IMG/VR virus record: IMGVR_UViG_3300032313_000564
Span: 4,993-68,992 of that record
Origin: a virus
DNA: 64,000 nucleotides
Reading direction: 5' to 3' (one strand)
Part shown: one piece after another, positions 47,464 through 56,493 of the stretch
Layout: each line of letters begins with the position of its first letter
Numbering within the stretch: position 1 is the first letter of the stretch
Notes under the pieces: generated by a model
The model's input: only the letters and a program-made list of their open reading frames with translations
What the model was told of the DNA's origin: nothing
The model's database searches: none
Made by a program: the position numbers and the translations under genes

Positions 47464-48110
47464 CCTAGTGGCACCCAACTTTGATCGTAGTACCCACCAG
47501 CTGAAATAAATCTAAGCGGTGTAACGTCATAGGCTATAGTTATTCTATCTTCTTCAAATGGCCAAAGACCAATGCTATGGGGGTGTCCAGTTTCCGATAA
47601 AATTGCTCTATTGTTTTTATTAACATTTTCAAAGGCAGCATCACCATGTATTTTATAATAGGTGGAGCTTGGTTCTGCATTTACGCAATAGTATCCATGA
47701 AAATAAGGGAACCCTTTGCCCTCGGAATGGTCGTGATATGAATCTTTGTTGTCTAGGTCAACATGGTTTTTGCTTCCTTCGGAATTAAACCATCCATGCA
47801 ACATAAACTTTTCTTTTTCAAAATCAAGCCCATAATATTCACAGGCTTCAATTGTCAAAGACCTTAAAGTTTTATACAGGTTATAAATTTCTTCATTGTA
47901 AAACTGAAAGATGTTGTAGAAGTTGTCTATGCGCTGTGGATTATAGCTATTAAAATAATCTTTTGGTGCTGTAGCAAGTACATCTTTCCCTACACCAGCT
48001 ACTTGACCGTTCTTTAACTCTTCTTTTTTATTAAGCAAATATTCCTTTAAGCTATCTAAATCATTATTTAGGTAAGCGTCAAAAAATTTATGCGGCTTAG
48101 TATTATCCAT
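47460..48110 (-). CDS. Putative cupin/2OG-Fe(II) oxygenase-like protein (HDH...HPH family)
   Basis: GWFN...HDH...FHGYY...GHPH...RITIAYDV; paralog of 48940-49590. Confidence 0.7.
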   Translation of the reverse strand: MDNTKPHKFFDAYLNNDLDSLKEYLLNKKEELKNGQVAGVGKDVLATAPKDYFNSYNPQRIDNFYNIFQFYNEEIYNLYKTLRSLTIEACEYYGLDFEKEKFMLHGWFNSEGSKNHVDLDNKDSYHDHSEGKGFPYFHGYYCVNAEPSSTYYKIHGDAAFENVNKNNRAILSETGHPHSIGLWPFEEDRITIAYDVTPLRFISAGGYYDQSWVPLG

Positions 48111-48940
48111 TAATTTATTATCCTTGTCTTGTTTAGATATCTCTCTCCGCCAATTTTGTCGGTTTCTGATTTTTCAATTGTGTACTCAATATCATCATCT
48201 TCGAATGGAAATGGTATTACTTCTATCCCAAACAAACCAATGATATTTCTTTCATTGTTTTCTATAAACTTGTTGTATCTGTGAGTTAATGAAAATGGGA
48301 CATAGCCATTATCTTCAAGAGGAAGGGTGTTGTTTTGAAATAACTTTGTTGGGCAGCACAGTAAGTGGTAGTGTTTTTGATTTATCATTATAGACATCTT
48401 TTCTTCCTCTCCATAATATTTAAGCTCCACTGGGTAGCCAACACGCTTTATGTCAGAACTTAAACAAAATATAAAGTCTCTATCTATCATATCAACATTA
48501 GAATAATCTTCCGAAACAGACTTTATTTTTTCTATCATAAACAAATTTTTGTTTTTAAATTCTAATTTATGATTTCCAGAAATAATTGTTTGATTTTTAT
48601 ATCTTACTGATTCAATTTTATCTACTAAAGACACATCCCAGTCTTTAGACATAACGACTCCGTCTCCGCACTGCATAAAGTATTCTGAAGCAAGTATTCT
48701 TGATCCATCAAATTTGTGTGCAATTGGGCTTTTTATTGAATCCCACTTTGTGTGCTTATATATTATTTTTACGTGACTAGCAGTTATGTCAAACAATCTT
48801 GATCGCTCAACATTATTTTGATCTATGATGTAAAACGACAAGTCATGCAAGCCGCTAGATTTATTAACAATATCGGTAACATTATCAATCAGATCTTTAT
48901 TCTGAAAGCTGTATACAAATATGCCAATACTTTTCTTCAT
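48110..48940 (-). CDS. GT-A glycosyltransferase-like protein resembling GT60 (Skp1-hydroxyproline GlcNAc transferase), diverged
   Basis: SIGIFVYSFQN..L...V....S...L.F.IIDQ, EYFMQ...KDWD..L and YYGEEEKMSI parallel GT60 motifs as recalled. The DSH motif is altered. Confidence 0.55.
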   Translation of the reverse strand: MKKSIGIFVYSFQNKDLIDNVTDIVNKSSGLHDLSFYIIDQNNVERSRLFDITASHVKIIYKHTKWDSIKSPIAHKFDGSRILASEYFMQCGDGVVMSKDWDVSLVDKIESVRYKNQTIISGNHKLEFKNKNLFMIEKIKSVSEDYSNVDMIDRDFIFCLSSDIKRVGYPVELKYYGEEEKMSIMINQKHYHLLCCPTKLFQNNTLPLEDNGYVPFSLTHRYNKFIENNERNIIGLFGIEVIPFPFEDDDIEYTIEKSETDKIGGERYLNKTRIIN

Positions 48941-49590
48941 TATAGGAGAGGTATCCAATGCTGCTGTGGTGCATTTGCTTCAATTAAGCTCTTTAAAGGC
49001 ATTACGTCGTAGGCTATTGTTACTCTAGGACCTTCCCAATCCCAGTCTCCCATTGCATGTGGGTGACCCATTTCAGAAACAATCATTCTATTATTCTTAT
49101 TATGGTTTGCAGTTTCTGTGCCAAAAACATTATAGTAGGTGATTGAGGGCTCTGCGTTTACTGAATAGTAACCGTGAAAATAGGGGGCATAAGGGCCGCC
49201 GTGATCATGCCAATCAAGCTTACCAGTATGATTGTAATTAATGTTAAACCAACCTTGTACCATATACTTTTGTTCTTCAAAATTAACTCCGTAATATTCA
49301 CACGCTTCTTTTATAATATCAGAAAGTGATTTATATAGCTTGTGAATCCCATCATGGTAGAACTGAAAAACATTATACTCTCTCCACTTAATTGTTGAAA
49401 CGCTGGAAGAGGAGAGCCAAGCATCTTTTTGATTTACTGGAGTGATTCCCTTTAAGCTTAGATTTTCCATAGCCGCATATTGATTTTGCAAGAATGTCGC
49501 TAGGTCTGACAAATCGTTATCCAGATATCTTTCAAAAAATTTATGTTCTTTGCCGCTTGGCTTATTAAGCATCATCGGATTGTAGTCCAT
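48940..49590 (-). CDS. Putative cupin/2OG-Fe(II) oxygenase-like protein (HDH...HPH family)
   Basis: GWFN...WHDH...FHGYY...GHPH...RVTIAYDV...WIPL. Confidence 0.7.
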   Translation of the reverse strand: MDYNPMMLNKPSGKEHKFFERYLDNDLSDLATFLQNQYAAMENLSLKGITPVNQKDAWLSSSSVSTIKWREYNVFQFYHDGIHKLYKSLSDIIKEACEYYGVNFEEQKYMVQGWFNINYNHTGKLDWHDHGGPYAPYFHGYYSVNAEPSITYYNVFGTETANHNKNNRMIVSEMGHPHAMGDWDWEGPRVTIAYDVMPLKSLIEANAPQQHWIPLL

Positions 49591-50341
49591 CAGATATTCC
49601 TTTTCTGTAATTTTTCCTTTGCCATATATAATTTTTATAATATGCAAATATTGATATTCTTCTTCGTTCTTCTTTAATCTTGTTTTCTTCTATACTCTTT
49701 TCGGAGTAATCTATTTCCAAATCCCAATCATCTCTTTTGATTGGTATCATTTGAAAGATAGGGGTTCCTTTTGGTATTGTTCCAATAAAATTCCTTTTTA
49801 AAAAAAAGGCAGTAAATACTGGAGTGTGCCATTTATCTGTATCAATTATCCCAGATAAAGTCGTGAATGGCAAGTCGTGCCTATTCATTGGGTGGGTTAT
49901 TAGCATTGAGTATTCTGGTGGAGTCTCACAGTACCAATTTACCTTCCATCCAAAATGTAGGGGGTGATGGGCTGTAGGAACTGGGACGTCAATCATATTT
50001 CTTTTATCTATTATCATGGCTTCCCCGTCCCAGGTTATTGTAGGGAATCCGTCCTTATCTAAATCAACATGCACGTCATAGTCAAGCTTGTACATGTAGC
50101 CAGCAGTCAGGGTATCAAAAAATGGCATACATAATTTAGTTCCAGCCGCACTTCCGTCAGTTCCACGATCATTTACTGGGTGAAGTTTAGATATGTTGTT
50201 AGACTTTTGAAAACGAGAAAGTCTTCTATACCAATCTGGTAGAAACCTTACAGAGGGTTCTGGTTCTGAAAGATAATTATTACTCTTCGGATCAAAATTA
50301 CTTCCAAACGTTGCTGGGGTAAACTTTACTACTTTACTCAT
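49565..50341 (-). CDS. DUF6065-like protein
   Basis: PDWY...KLCMPFFD...GY...HPMN...GIIDTD...KGTPIFQMIP.KR; paralog of 51041-51757. Confidence 0.6.
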   Translation of the reverse strand: MSKVVKFTPATFGSNFDPKSNNYLSEPEPSVRFLPDWYRRLSRFQKSNNISKLHPVNDRGTDGSAAGTKLCMPFFDTLTAGYMYKLDYDVHVDLDKDGFPTITWDGEAMIIDKRNMIDVPVPTAHHPLHFGWKVNWYCETPPEYSMLITHPMNRHDLPFTTLSGIIDTDKWHTPVFTAFFLKRNFIGTIPKGTPIFQMIPIKRDDWDLEIDYSEKSIEENKIKEERRRISIFAYYKNYIWQRKNYRKGISDGLQSDDA

Positions 50342-51044
50342 TGCAAAGCCTGTCAATAAAATCGGAAGATGCATTTATTTGCATTTCATACATATATGAA
50401 CCCCTTTCTATTATTCCAACAGTTTCTGTTTCCATATGCCTTTTAGACTTAGTAAAATAAAAATCAATAAAGCAAGGTTCTTTTATTCTATCATTTTCGT
50501 TGGATTTTGTAAAAGAGCCCCTAAAGTCCATAATTTTAATTGATGGGTTTTCTATTGTTGAGGTGACAAAAAAATCAATATCCTCATCTATAACCCAAGG
50601 AGTATATAATTTAAAGCACCTATCAGAAATAATATCCATGCCTGAAGTATCATATACATTGGGGGATGGGTAAAATTGTCTTTGCCAAACCTTATCAACC
50701 GAATAAAAAATCTCATTGATTGGTTGTGATTTAAATATACCAAGGTGCCCAAGCGGTGGGTCAGCAATCTGAATTAGCATGTCAGCATAATTATAATATT
50801 CTATTGTAGCTGAAGTATCCGAAGTTTTAATAACTTTTGGCCTAATAGAAAAAAAAGAAGCATATAAATTTACTGGTTTTAATATTTTGTCGTGATACTC
50901 ACGGCTAAATTTTACTTCATTCCAGGCAGCCCATTTAGGGAACATGTTAGAATAATTCATTATTTCTGCAAAAGTCATAGTGCCCATCTTGCTCCAAGAC
51001 TCTGCTTCATATGGTGTTTTTAATATGTTTTTAGATGGCTTCAC
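50334..51044 (-). CDS. Hypothetical protein of the modification cluster
   Basis: 236 aa, overlapping both neighbours; C-terminal GIIERGSYMYEM echoes the G.I.KGTP..Q motif of the flanking paralogs. Confidence 0.7.
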   Translation of the reverse strand: MKPSKNILKTPYEAESWSKMGTMTFAEIMNYSNMFPKWAAWNEVKFSREYHDKILKPVNLYASFFSIRPKVIKTSDTSATIEYYNYADMLIQIADPPLGHLGIFKSQPINEIFYSVDKVWQRQFYPSPNVYDTSGMDIISDRCFKLYTPWVIDEDIDFFVTSTIENPSIKIMDFRGSFTKSNENDRIKEPCFIDFYFTKSKRHMETETVGIIERGSYMYEMQINASSDFIDRLCNE

Positions 51045-51757
51045 TTAAAGGTTTTCTTTGACCACTTTTTTAAACGATATCCATTTTGAAAAACAGATCG
51101 TACTGACAATTGGCTCGCTCTGTTTGCAAGATCAGAGTCTTTATCTTTATTAATTTCGCTTTCCCAATCATCTCTCTTAAAAGGTATTACTTGTAATAGC
51201 GGAGTTCCTTGCTTAATTACACCTTTAAAACCCTTTTCAACAAAGAAAGAAAGATATCCATCAGAAGGATATTCGTCGGTATCTATAAGACCTGGTATTG
51301 CTCGTATTGGTATATGGTCTGCATGTATCGGAGCAATGAATAATGAGCTATAACCTGGTTCTGTTTTTGCAAGCCACATTGGATGTATTCTTAAAACATC
51401 ATTGTGGAAGTAAGGTGGTATTGGGTACTCCGATATTTGCTCTTTAAGGTGATGGGCCAAAAGAAATTTTTGAAACTCCATAACATCATTTGCAACTTCA
51501 AACTTTACTCTTTCTCCCGTAGCGTCAATATTCAAATCCATTGGACAAAATAAATAATATCCTGCTGCCATTGCGTCAAACACTGCCTGACATTTTTTTA
51601 CGGTAAGAAGCATATTCCCGTTATAAACACTATTGTCATTATTTAGATAGCTTTCTTGTTTCTTCCACCATTCAGGAATATGTTTTTGAATAGATTCTGG
51701 CTTTGGGAAAACACCAGCAAGAAATCTGTATTTTGGAATAAATTCTATTTTGCTCAT
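51041..51757 (-). CDS. DUF6065-like protein
   Basis: PEWW...KKCQAVFD...GY...GLIDTD...KQGTPLLQVIPFKR. Confidence 0.6.
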   Translation of the reverse strand: MSKIEFIPKYRFLAGVFPKPESIQKHIPEWWKKQESYLNNDNSVYNGNMLLTVKKCQAVFDAMAAGYYLFCPMDLNIDATGERVKFEVANDVMEFQKFLLAHHLKEQISEYPIPPYFHNDVLRIHPMWLAKTEPGYSSLFIAPIHADHIPIRAIPGLIDTDEYPSDGYLSFFVEKGFKGVIKQGTPLLQVIPFKRDDWESEINKDKDSDLANRASQLSVRSVFQNGYRLKKWSKKTFK

Positions 51758-52323
51758 ACTAAAGGTATCCATTTCTGATAATACTGTCTGTGTAAATATT
51801 CTAAAGGTGAAATATGTAGTTCTATCAAAACAAGATCTTTACTTATATCGTTAAATTGAACTCTTGTGTTATGGTCAAGTAATATTAAATTGCCTGGAAC
51901 TAAATTAGTTTTATTATCGTTAATTAAAATAAACTCATTGTTGGAGCTAACAACATAGAAACCAAAGAAAACTGTTTTAAAATTAGGGCCAAAATTTAAA
52001 TCTACATATGGTGGAATCTGCTTATTGTCCATAACTCTTGCATATAAGTAGGGATAAGATCTTTCAAAATTAATGTTGTTTTCTAAAAATAAATCTTTAG
52101 CAGCAGAGCATACTTCACGATAAAGACTGTATATTTCTTTGCTATACATGCCAAAAAAATTAAATGTTTTATTGTCCACCAAAGAAATTCTTTTTGCTTT
52201 GTCTTTTATATTTTTACTAAAGCCTTTTGATATGTCTACTGTTTCCTCGTACATGGAATCAACCATAGAGTTATAGCTATTAAACATATAAAAATTATCT
52301 ATGCCTTTAATCTCTTTTATCAT
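51754..52323 (-). CDS. Degenerate paralog of the HDH...HPH cupin-like family
   Basis: Shares FN.F..Y..EIY.LY, FFGFY.V and the C-terminal WIPL, but lacks HDH and HPH. Confidence 0.6.
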   Translation of the reverse strand: MIKEIKGIDNFYMFNSYNSMVDSMYEETVDISKGFSKNIKDKAKRISLVDNKTFNFFGMYSKEIYSLYREVCSAAKDLFLENNINFERSYPYLYARVMDNKQIPPYVDLNFGPNFKTVFFGFYVVSSNNEFILINDNKTNLVPGNLILLDHNTRVQFNDISKDLVLIELHISPLEYLHRQYYQKWIPLV

Positions 52324-52942
52324 CTTTATCCCAAATACTCATAGAATGCCACCCAGCTGGTCTTATTGGGTCTTTGTATGCATCATTATCTGATTGTATC
52401 AAAACTTGTGGTTTTACGCCACCCATAATATAAGAAAGCTCTTCTTCTTTCGATATGTCTACCCTTTTCATAAATGTCATTAGTCTGGTCATTTTCATTT
52501 GTAAATCAAATCCAGCCTGAGTATGTGCCCCGCCTTGCTTTACCATTACATTATAATAAAGTAGAAATATTGAATATCCTAATATGGCAAGTGAGGAGTT
52601 AATCCTTTTTCTTCTATGATTTATAGAAGTATAAAATCTATCTGCAAATGCTGTGTGATAATTATTTTTTTCATCATACTGCCCCATTATAATAGTTGCC
52701 CAGGAAGCAGGATAATCGTTATTAATAAAATTAGAGAATACCGCTGTTCCTTCTTGGTGATCAGAATTTACATATACACATTCTATTGCTCTAGCGCCAT
52801 GTCTATCATTTAGCATTGTCCACTGTATCCAAGATCCCTTTAAGTATTTAGGATATCGCCTAAAAAGAGGTATGATCTGGCTTTTATACCAGATCACCCT
52901 TTTGAAACCGTAGTCCAATATCTGCTTGATATTGTCTAGCAT
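52307..52942 (-). CDS. Hypothetical protein, possibly GNAT-fold
   Basis: RFYTSINHRRKRINSSL resembles GNAT acetyl-CoA-binding motif A; T.AG..L lies downstream. Confidence 0.45.
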   Translation of the reverse strand: MLDNIKQILDYGFKRVIWYKSQIIPLFRRYPKYLKGSWIQWTMLNDRHGARAIECVYVNSDHQEGTAVFSNFINNDYPASWATIIMGQYDEKNNYHTAFADRFYTSINHRRKRINSSLAILGYSIFLLYYNVMVKQGGAHTQAGFDLQMKMTRLMTFMKRVDISKEEELSYIMGGVKPQVLIQSDNDAYKDPIRPAGWHSMSIWDKDDKRD

Positions 52943-52945
52943 TTA

Positions 52946-54340
52946 TTAAGCTGGTGGATTGTTTGGATCAACAGGGTTATCCTGTTGAGATTGCTTCCAT
53001 TGCTGATAAAGCTCTTCTAGCGAAGTAGATAGATTTTGTTCTGGCGAGGTTATAACTCCTGGCGCATTTAAATCTAAAGGCTGTGAATCGTGAACCAATG
53101 CATTGTCTGTAAAGAATACGTCGTAAGGCTCGGTGTTAATTGTAATAACTAACTCTTTTCCTGTTGATTCTCTTAGTTCAATAATTGGCTGCCAGTCTTG
53201 GAATGTAGGAGAGAATACTAGATCTGATTCTACTACATCAGTAACATTAACAAACTTTCCAAGTCCGTCTCTCTTTACAAGTATGTAGTGAGATATGGAG
53301 TATTTATTTCCGTTAATAACAATAACCTTGTCAACAATGTGTGCTGATAAAGCAGTAATTGTAGTTTCAACTGCTGTGTTTATTACTGGATTCTCTTCAG
53401 ACCAACCTGCAAAGTATTCTGCAATTGGGACCTCTGTTGCTAGATCTAATCCCTCAATATCAGCTGAGTAAAGAACATCTCCTACTGAAAGGTTATGTGC
53501 TAGAACTAGTCCTTCTGGGACCTTAGAGCTGATAAGTGTATCTGCACCAATTGATTTAACTGGTGTGAAACCAAATGGAGTAAATCCAAACGGAGTAAAT
53601 CCAAACGGAGTAAAGCCAAACGGAGTAAAGCCAAATGGCGTAAATCCGAATGGAGTGAAGCCGAATGGCGTAAATCCAAATGGGGTGAAGCCGAATGGCG
53701 TAAATCCAAACGGAGAAAATCCGAAAGGAACAAAGCTAAATGCTGTTGTTACGTTTCCAGATGCCCCAGATGTACCTGAGTTACCATTTGCATTTGTTGC
53801 ATAAACTGTATATGTCTGAGCTGTGCCCATTTCTTGACCAACTGCTACAGATGTGCTTGCTGTGTCTCCAGCCTTTCCGTCAGATGCTGCCCAGCGATAG
53901 TTTGTAATTCCCTTTCCACCATTTGCTGGGGCTGACCATGAGACGCTGTCTTGTCCAGCACTTGGAGAAGAAGCGCTTGGTGCTGAAGGCGTATTTGGAA
54001 CTGTTGTTGCTGTAACTGAAGCAGAAGCTGCAGACGCAACAGATGTTCCAGAAGCATTTGACGCACGAACTGTGAATGTATAAGCAGTAGCAGACAAAAG
54101 TCCTTGTACTGTTAGTGGGGAAGAAGCTCCAGTGGCTGTAAAGCCTCCTGGAGACGACGTTACCGTGTAAGAAGTAGCAGCAGGCGAATCACCTGGTAAG
54201 CTAAAGGATACAGTTACCGCACCATTATTGTATGGACGGTTTGTTCCAACATCTGTTGCTGATGTAATTGACGGCTGTTTAGGCTCAAGGAAGTCATTGG
54301 CTGCCTGTGATCTTTGTCCGAATCTTTTAATAATTGCCAT
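52946..54340 (-). CDS. FN3-domain virion protein with (FGFTP)n repeat and C-terminal Hint domain
   Basis: Two FN3-like units, 12 pentapeptide units, then Hint blocks SIGADTL...VGD, YSISHY and VFFTDNALVHD. Confidence 0.85.
   Translation of the reverse strand: MAIIKRFGQRSQAANDFLEPKQPSITSATDVGTNRPYNNGAVTVSFSLPGDSPAATSYTVTSSPGGFTATGASSPLTVQGLLSATAYTFTVRASNASGTSVASAASASVTATTVPNTPSAPSASSPSAGQDSVSWSAPANGGKGITNYRWAASDGKAGDTASTSVAVGQEMGTAQTYTVYATNANGNSGTSGASGNVTTAFSFVPFGFSPFGFTPFGFTPFGFTPFGFTPFGFTPFGFTPFGFTPFGFTPFGFTPFGFTPVKSIGADTLISSKVPEGLVLAHNLSVGDVLYSADIEGLDLATEVPIAEYFAGWSEENPVINTAVETTITALSAHIVDKVIVINGNKYSISHYILVKRDGLGKFVNVTDVVESDLVFSPTFQDWQPIIELRESTGKELVITINTEPYDVFFTDNALVHDSQPLDLNAPGVITSPEQNLSTSLEELYQQWKQSQQDNPVDPNNPPA
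53087..53554 (-). other. Hint (intein-like) domain, Ser1...His-Asp, 156 aa
   Basis: Block A SIGADTLI...LSVGDVL, block B SxxH, blocks F/G ITINTEPYDVFFTDNALVHD|S. Confidence 0.75.
53561..53740 (-). repeat. 12 x 15-bp coding tandem repeat (FSFVP, FGFSP, 10 x FGFTP)
   Basis: Units such as tggagtaaatccaaa and cggagtaaagccaaa on the + strand; the FGFTP units differ only at synonymous sites. Confidence 0.97.
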
Positions 54341-54361
54341 TTATATATCTCCTAAGTTTCT

Positions 54362-56113
54362 TTAAGCTGAAAGATCGCCCATTACGATCCATGTATTTGC
54401 TGCTCTCTTTAAAAGGGTAGCTGATGACCACTGGGTTCTTAATTTTAATCCTGGTGTTGCATTAACTGTGACTCCACCTGCACCAGCAATTGAAACTTGG
54501 CCAGTACCTGACTGAAGAATATCAATTGATGTTCCAACTGGGTAGTTAACTGTTGCATCTGCTGGAATTGTAACTGCTACTGCTGAAGCAGAAGAAACTT
54601 CAATTAAGTTATCTCTTTCAGTAAGAGATGAAAGTGTGTATGCTGCTGTTTTCTGAATAATTGGTGTGCGTGAAGGAACGCCTTCTTTTGTCTGTGTGCC
54701 GTCTGTAAACGCTACTCCTGCTGCTGCAACTGTTACTGTGCCAGTAAATGTTGGTGAAGCAAGTGGAGCCTTTAGAGCAAGGTTTGTTGTTACTGTTGAT
54801 GCGAAGTTTGCGTCATCACCAAGTGCTGCTGCAAGTTCGTCAAGAGTATTTAGTGCTGCTGGAGCACCTGTTAATAATGCGTTAACCTGTGATGTTGCAT
54901 CTGCGATTGCTTCTGACTTTGCAGTTGCAATTGCTGAAGCCTGTGCTGTAGATACTGGCTTAGCTGAGTCTGCTGTGTTGTCAACATTTGCTAGGCCTAC
55001 TGAAGACTTTGTAAGTGCTGCTACTGCTGTAGATACCTTTGTGTCTGCTGCAGTACCTGCTGCTGTAATTGCTTCTGATTTAGCAGTTGCGACATTTGCT
55101 GTAGTTGCAAGAAGTGAGGTGTCTGCAATTCCGTGAACATTTGTTGTGTCTGCTGTGTGAACACCAAGAGCTGTATCTGCAGCGGCTATTGCTGCTGTTT
55201 GCGCTGTTGAAGATGCTGTGTCAGCATAAGACTTTGTTGCAAGAAGTAGTGTGTCTGCAATGCCGTGAACGTTTGTTGTATCTGCTGAGTGTCCTGAAAC
55301 TACACCATCTGCATACGTACGGTCCTGAGTAGACTTGCTGTCTGTGTATGTATTTGCTGATGTTTCTGCACTTGTTGCTGCTGCCATAGCAAGACCATGC
55401 TGTGTATTTACATATGAAACAGTTTCATTTATTTCTGTATCTGTGTATGTATTTGCTGCACCAAACTTTGTATCTGTGTATGTCTGTGCTGTATTAAATT
55501 TTGTATCTGTGTATGTAGTAAGGTCTGTTCTTGCTGTAGTAACGTTTGCTAGTGTTGCAAGTAAAGAAGTGTCTTGAATTCCGTGAACATTTGTTGTCTT
55601 TGCATTGTGTACATCTAGAGCCAAAAGATCTTGTGTCTGTAGGTACTCTGCATATGCTCTTGTAGCAATTACTGTTAGGTCGGTCTCTGATGAAGGAACT
55701 TTACCCTGTGCATTAAGAGATGCTACTCCGTTGACTGACCCTCTATCATCTAGTGGAATGTAGGTTGAATCTGCTGTGTTGCTTAATGCGCTAACTGCTG
55801 AATCTACATATGCACGATTTGCCCATACTGCGTCATTAATTGCAATGGTGATTGTATTTGCGCCATCGTTGTAAGTCTTTGTAAGACCTGTGCCCATTGT
55901 GAGGGCTGCGTCAATTGCGTCTTGTGATATTTCGGTAATACCTGCAGTATCTGCGTTAGCATATGAAAGTGCTGTCCAGGTAGCTGTTCCGTTACCAAAT
56001 TTAAATTTATTTGTATCTGTTTCAACACCCATTTCTCCTGCTGCCAGGACTGGGTTTGTTGTGGACCACTGTGAAGCGGTTCCTCTTCTTACTTGAATTC
56101 TTACTGTTGCCAT
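54362..56113 (-). CDS. Long fibre protein with an Mtd_N-like N-terminus
   Basis: RIQVRRGTA..W...NPVLAAGEMGVETDT.KFKFGNG...W..L.Y; three HxxxTTNVHGIxDT repeats. Confidence 0.85.
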   Translation of the reverse strand: MATVRIQVRRGTASQWSTTNPVLAAGEMGVETDTNKFKFGNGTATWTALSYANADTAGITEISQDAIDAALTMGTGLTKTYNDGANTITIAINDAVWANRAYVDSAVSALSNTADSTYIPLDDRGSVNGVASLNAQGKVPSSETDLTVIATRAYAEYLQTQDLLALDVHNAKTTNVHGIQDTSLLATLANVTTARTDLTTYTDTKFNTAQTYTDTKFGAANTYTDTEINETVSYVNTQHGLAMAAATSAETSANTYTDSKSTQDRTYADGVVSGHSADTTNVHGIADTLLLATKSYADTASSTAQTAAIAAADTALGVHTADTTNVHGIADTSLLATTANVATAKSEAITAAGTAADTKVSTAVAALTKSSVGLANVDNTADSAKPVSTAQASAIATAKSEAIADATSQVNALLTGAPAALNTLDELAAALGDDANFASTVTTNLALKAPLASPTFTGTVTVAAAGVAFTDGTQTKEGVPSRTPIIQKTAAYTLSSLTERDNLIEVSSASAVAVTIPADATVNYPVGTSIDILQSGTGQVSIAGAGGVTVNATPGLKLRTQWSSATLLKRAANTWIVMGDLSA

Positions 56114-56131
56114 TTTGATCTCCTATTTTAT

Positions 56132-56140
56132 ATTATAGCA
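56132..56140 (-). promoter_or_regulatory. Extended -10 promoter (TGcTATAAT) heading the fibre-Hint-enzyme operon
   Basis: TGCTATAAT, then AGGAG RBS, then ATG 56113. No intergenic gap longer than about 21 nt occurs downstream until 45591. Confidence 0.6.
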
Positions 56141-56154
56141 TTTTTTGTTTTAAA

Positions 56155-56493
56155 CTAGGCTATTTCGCCTGAGTCAAAAACGAGTGAAGCATTTGTTGAT
56201 GTCGGTGTTCCGCCATCTGCAAATTTAGTTGCAGTTGTAACTACACCATTTGCCTGAACTGTATATACTGGCTGGCCATCATAATCTATTGCTAGACCAA
56301 TGTCCATCCAGGAAACCATGTCATCACTAGGTATTTGAGAAACCAATGCGATTGGCTCCCAAATTCCGTTGATGTAAATTTCTAATTGATTCGAGGCTGA
56401 GTTAAATGCTACAGGAGTAGACCCCAGTGTTATTTGATTGCCCTCTACTACGAGGCCATTCTTTACTCTAAAATTCTTATCTGTTGTTGCCAT
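56155..56493 (-). CDS. Small virion adaptor-like protein
   Basis: N-terminus KNFRVKNGL.VEG is shared with 56559-57941; C-terminal DGG/DSG motifs. Confidence 0.65.
   Translation of the reverse strand: MATTDKNFRVKNGLVVEGNQITLGSTPVAFNSASNQLEIYINGIWEPIALVSQIPSDDMVSWMDIGLAIDYDGQPVYTVQANGVVTTATKFADGGTPTSTNASLVFDSGEIA

Noticed and set aside
46268-49590. Oxygenases plus glycosyltransferase as a TET/JBP-type DNA hypermodification system
   Set aside because: The motifs match P4H-like and cupin-like proteins rather than TET/JBP, no methyltransferase is adjacent, and the genes are coupled to virion fibre genes. Disfavoured but not formally excluded.
53087-53554. Hint domains as mobile, selfish inteins
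   Set aside because: They have no homing endonuclease, are not inserted in a conserved enzyme motif, end in His-Asp and sit near the C-terminus. Treated as domesticated auto-processing domains.
53561-53740. 15-bp tandem repeats as a possible CRISPR array or DGR template/variable repeat pair
   Set aside because: There are no spacers, the repeats are in-frame coding, differences are not adenine-specific, and no reverse transcriptase or cas operon is in the window.
53565-53804. Plus-strand ORFs with (PNGVK/N)n repeats (also 58907-59296)
   Set aside because: These are antisense shadows of the FGFTP repeats. Variation is synonymous only in the minus-strand frame (K/N alternate on the plus strand).
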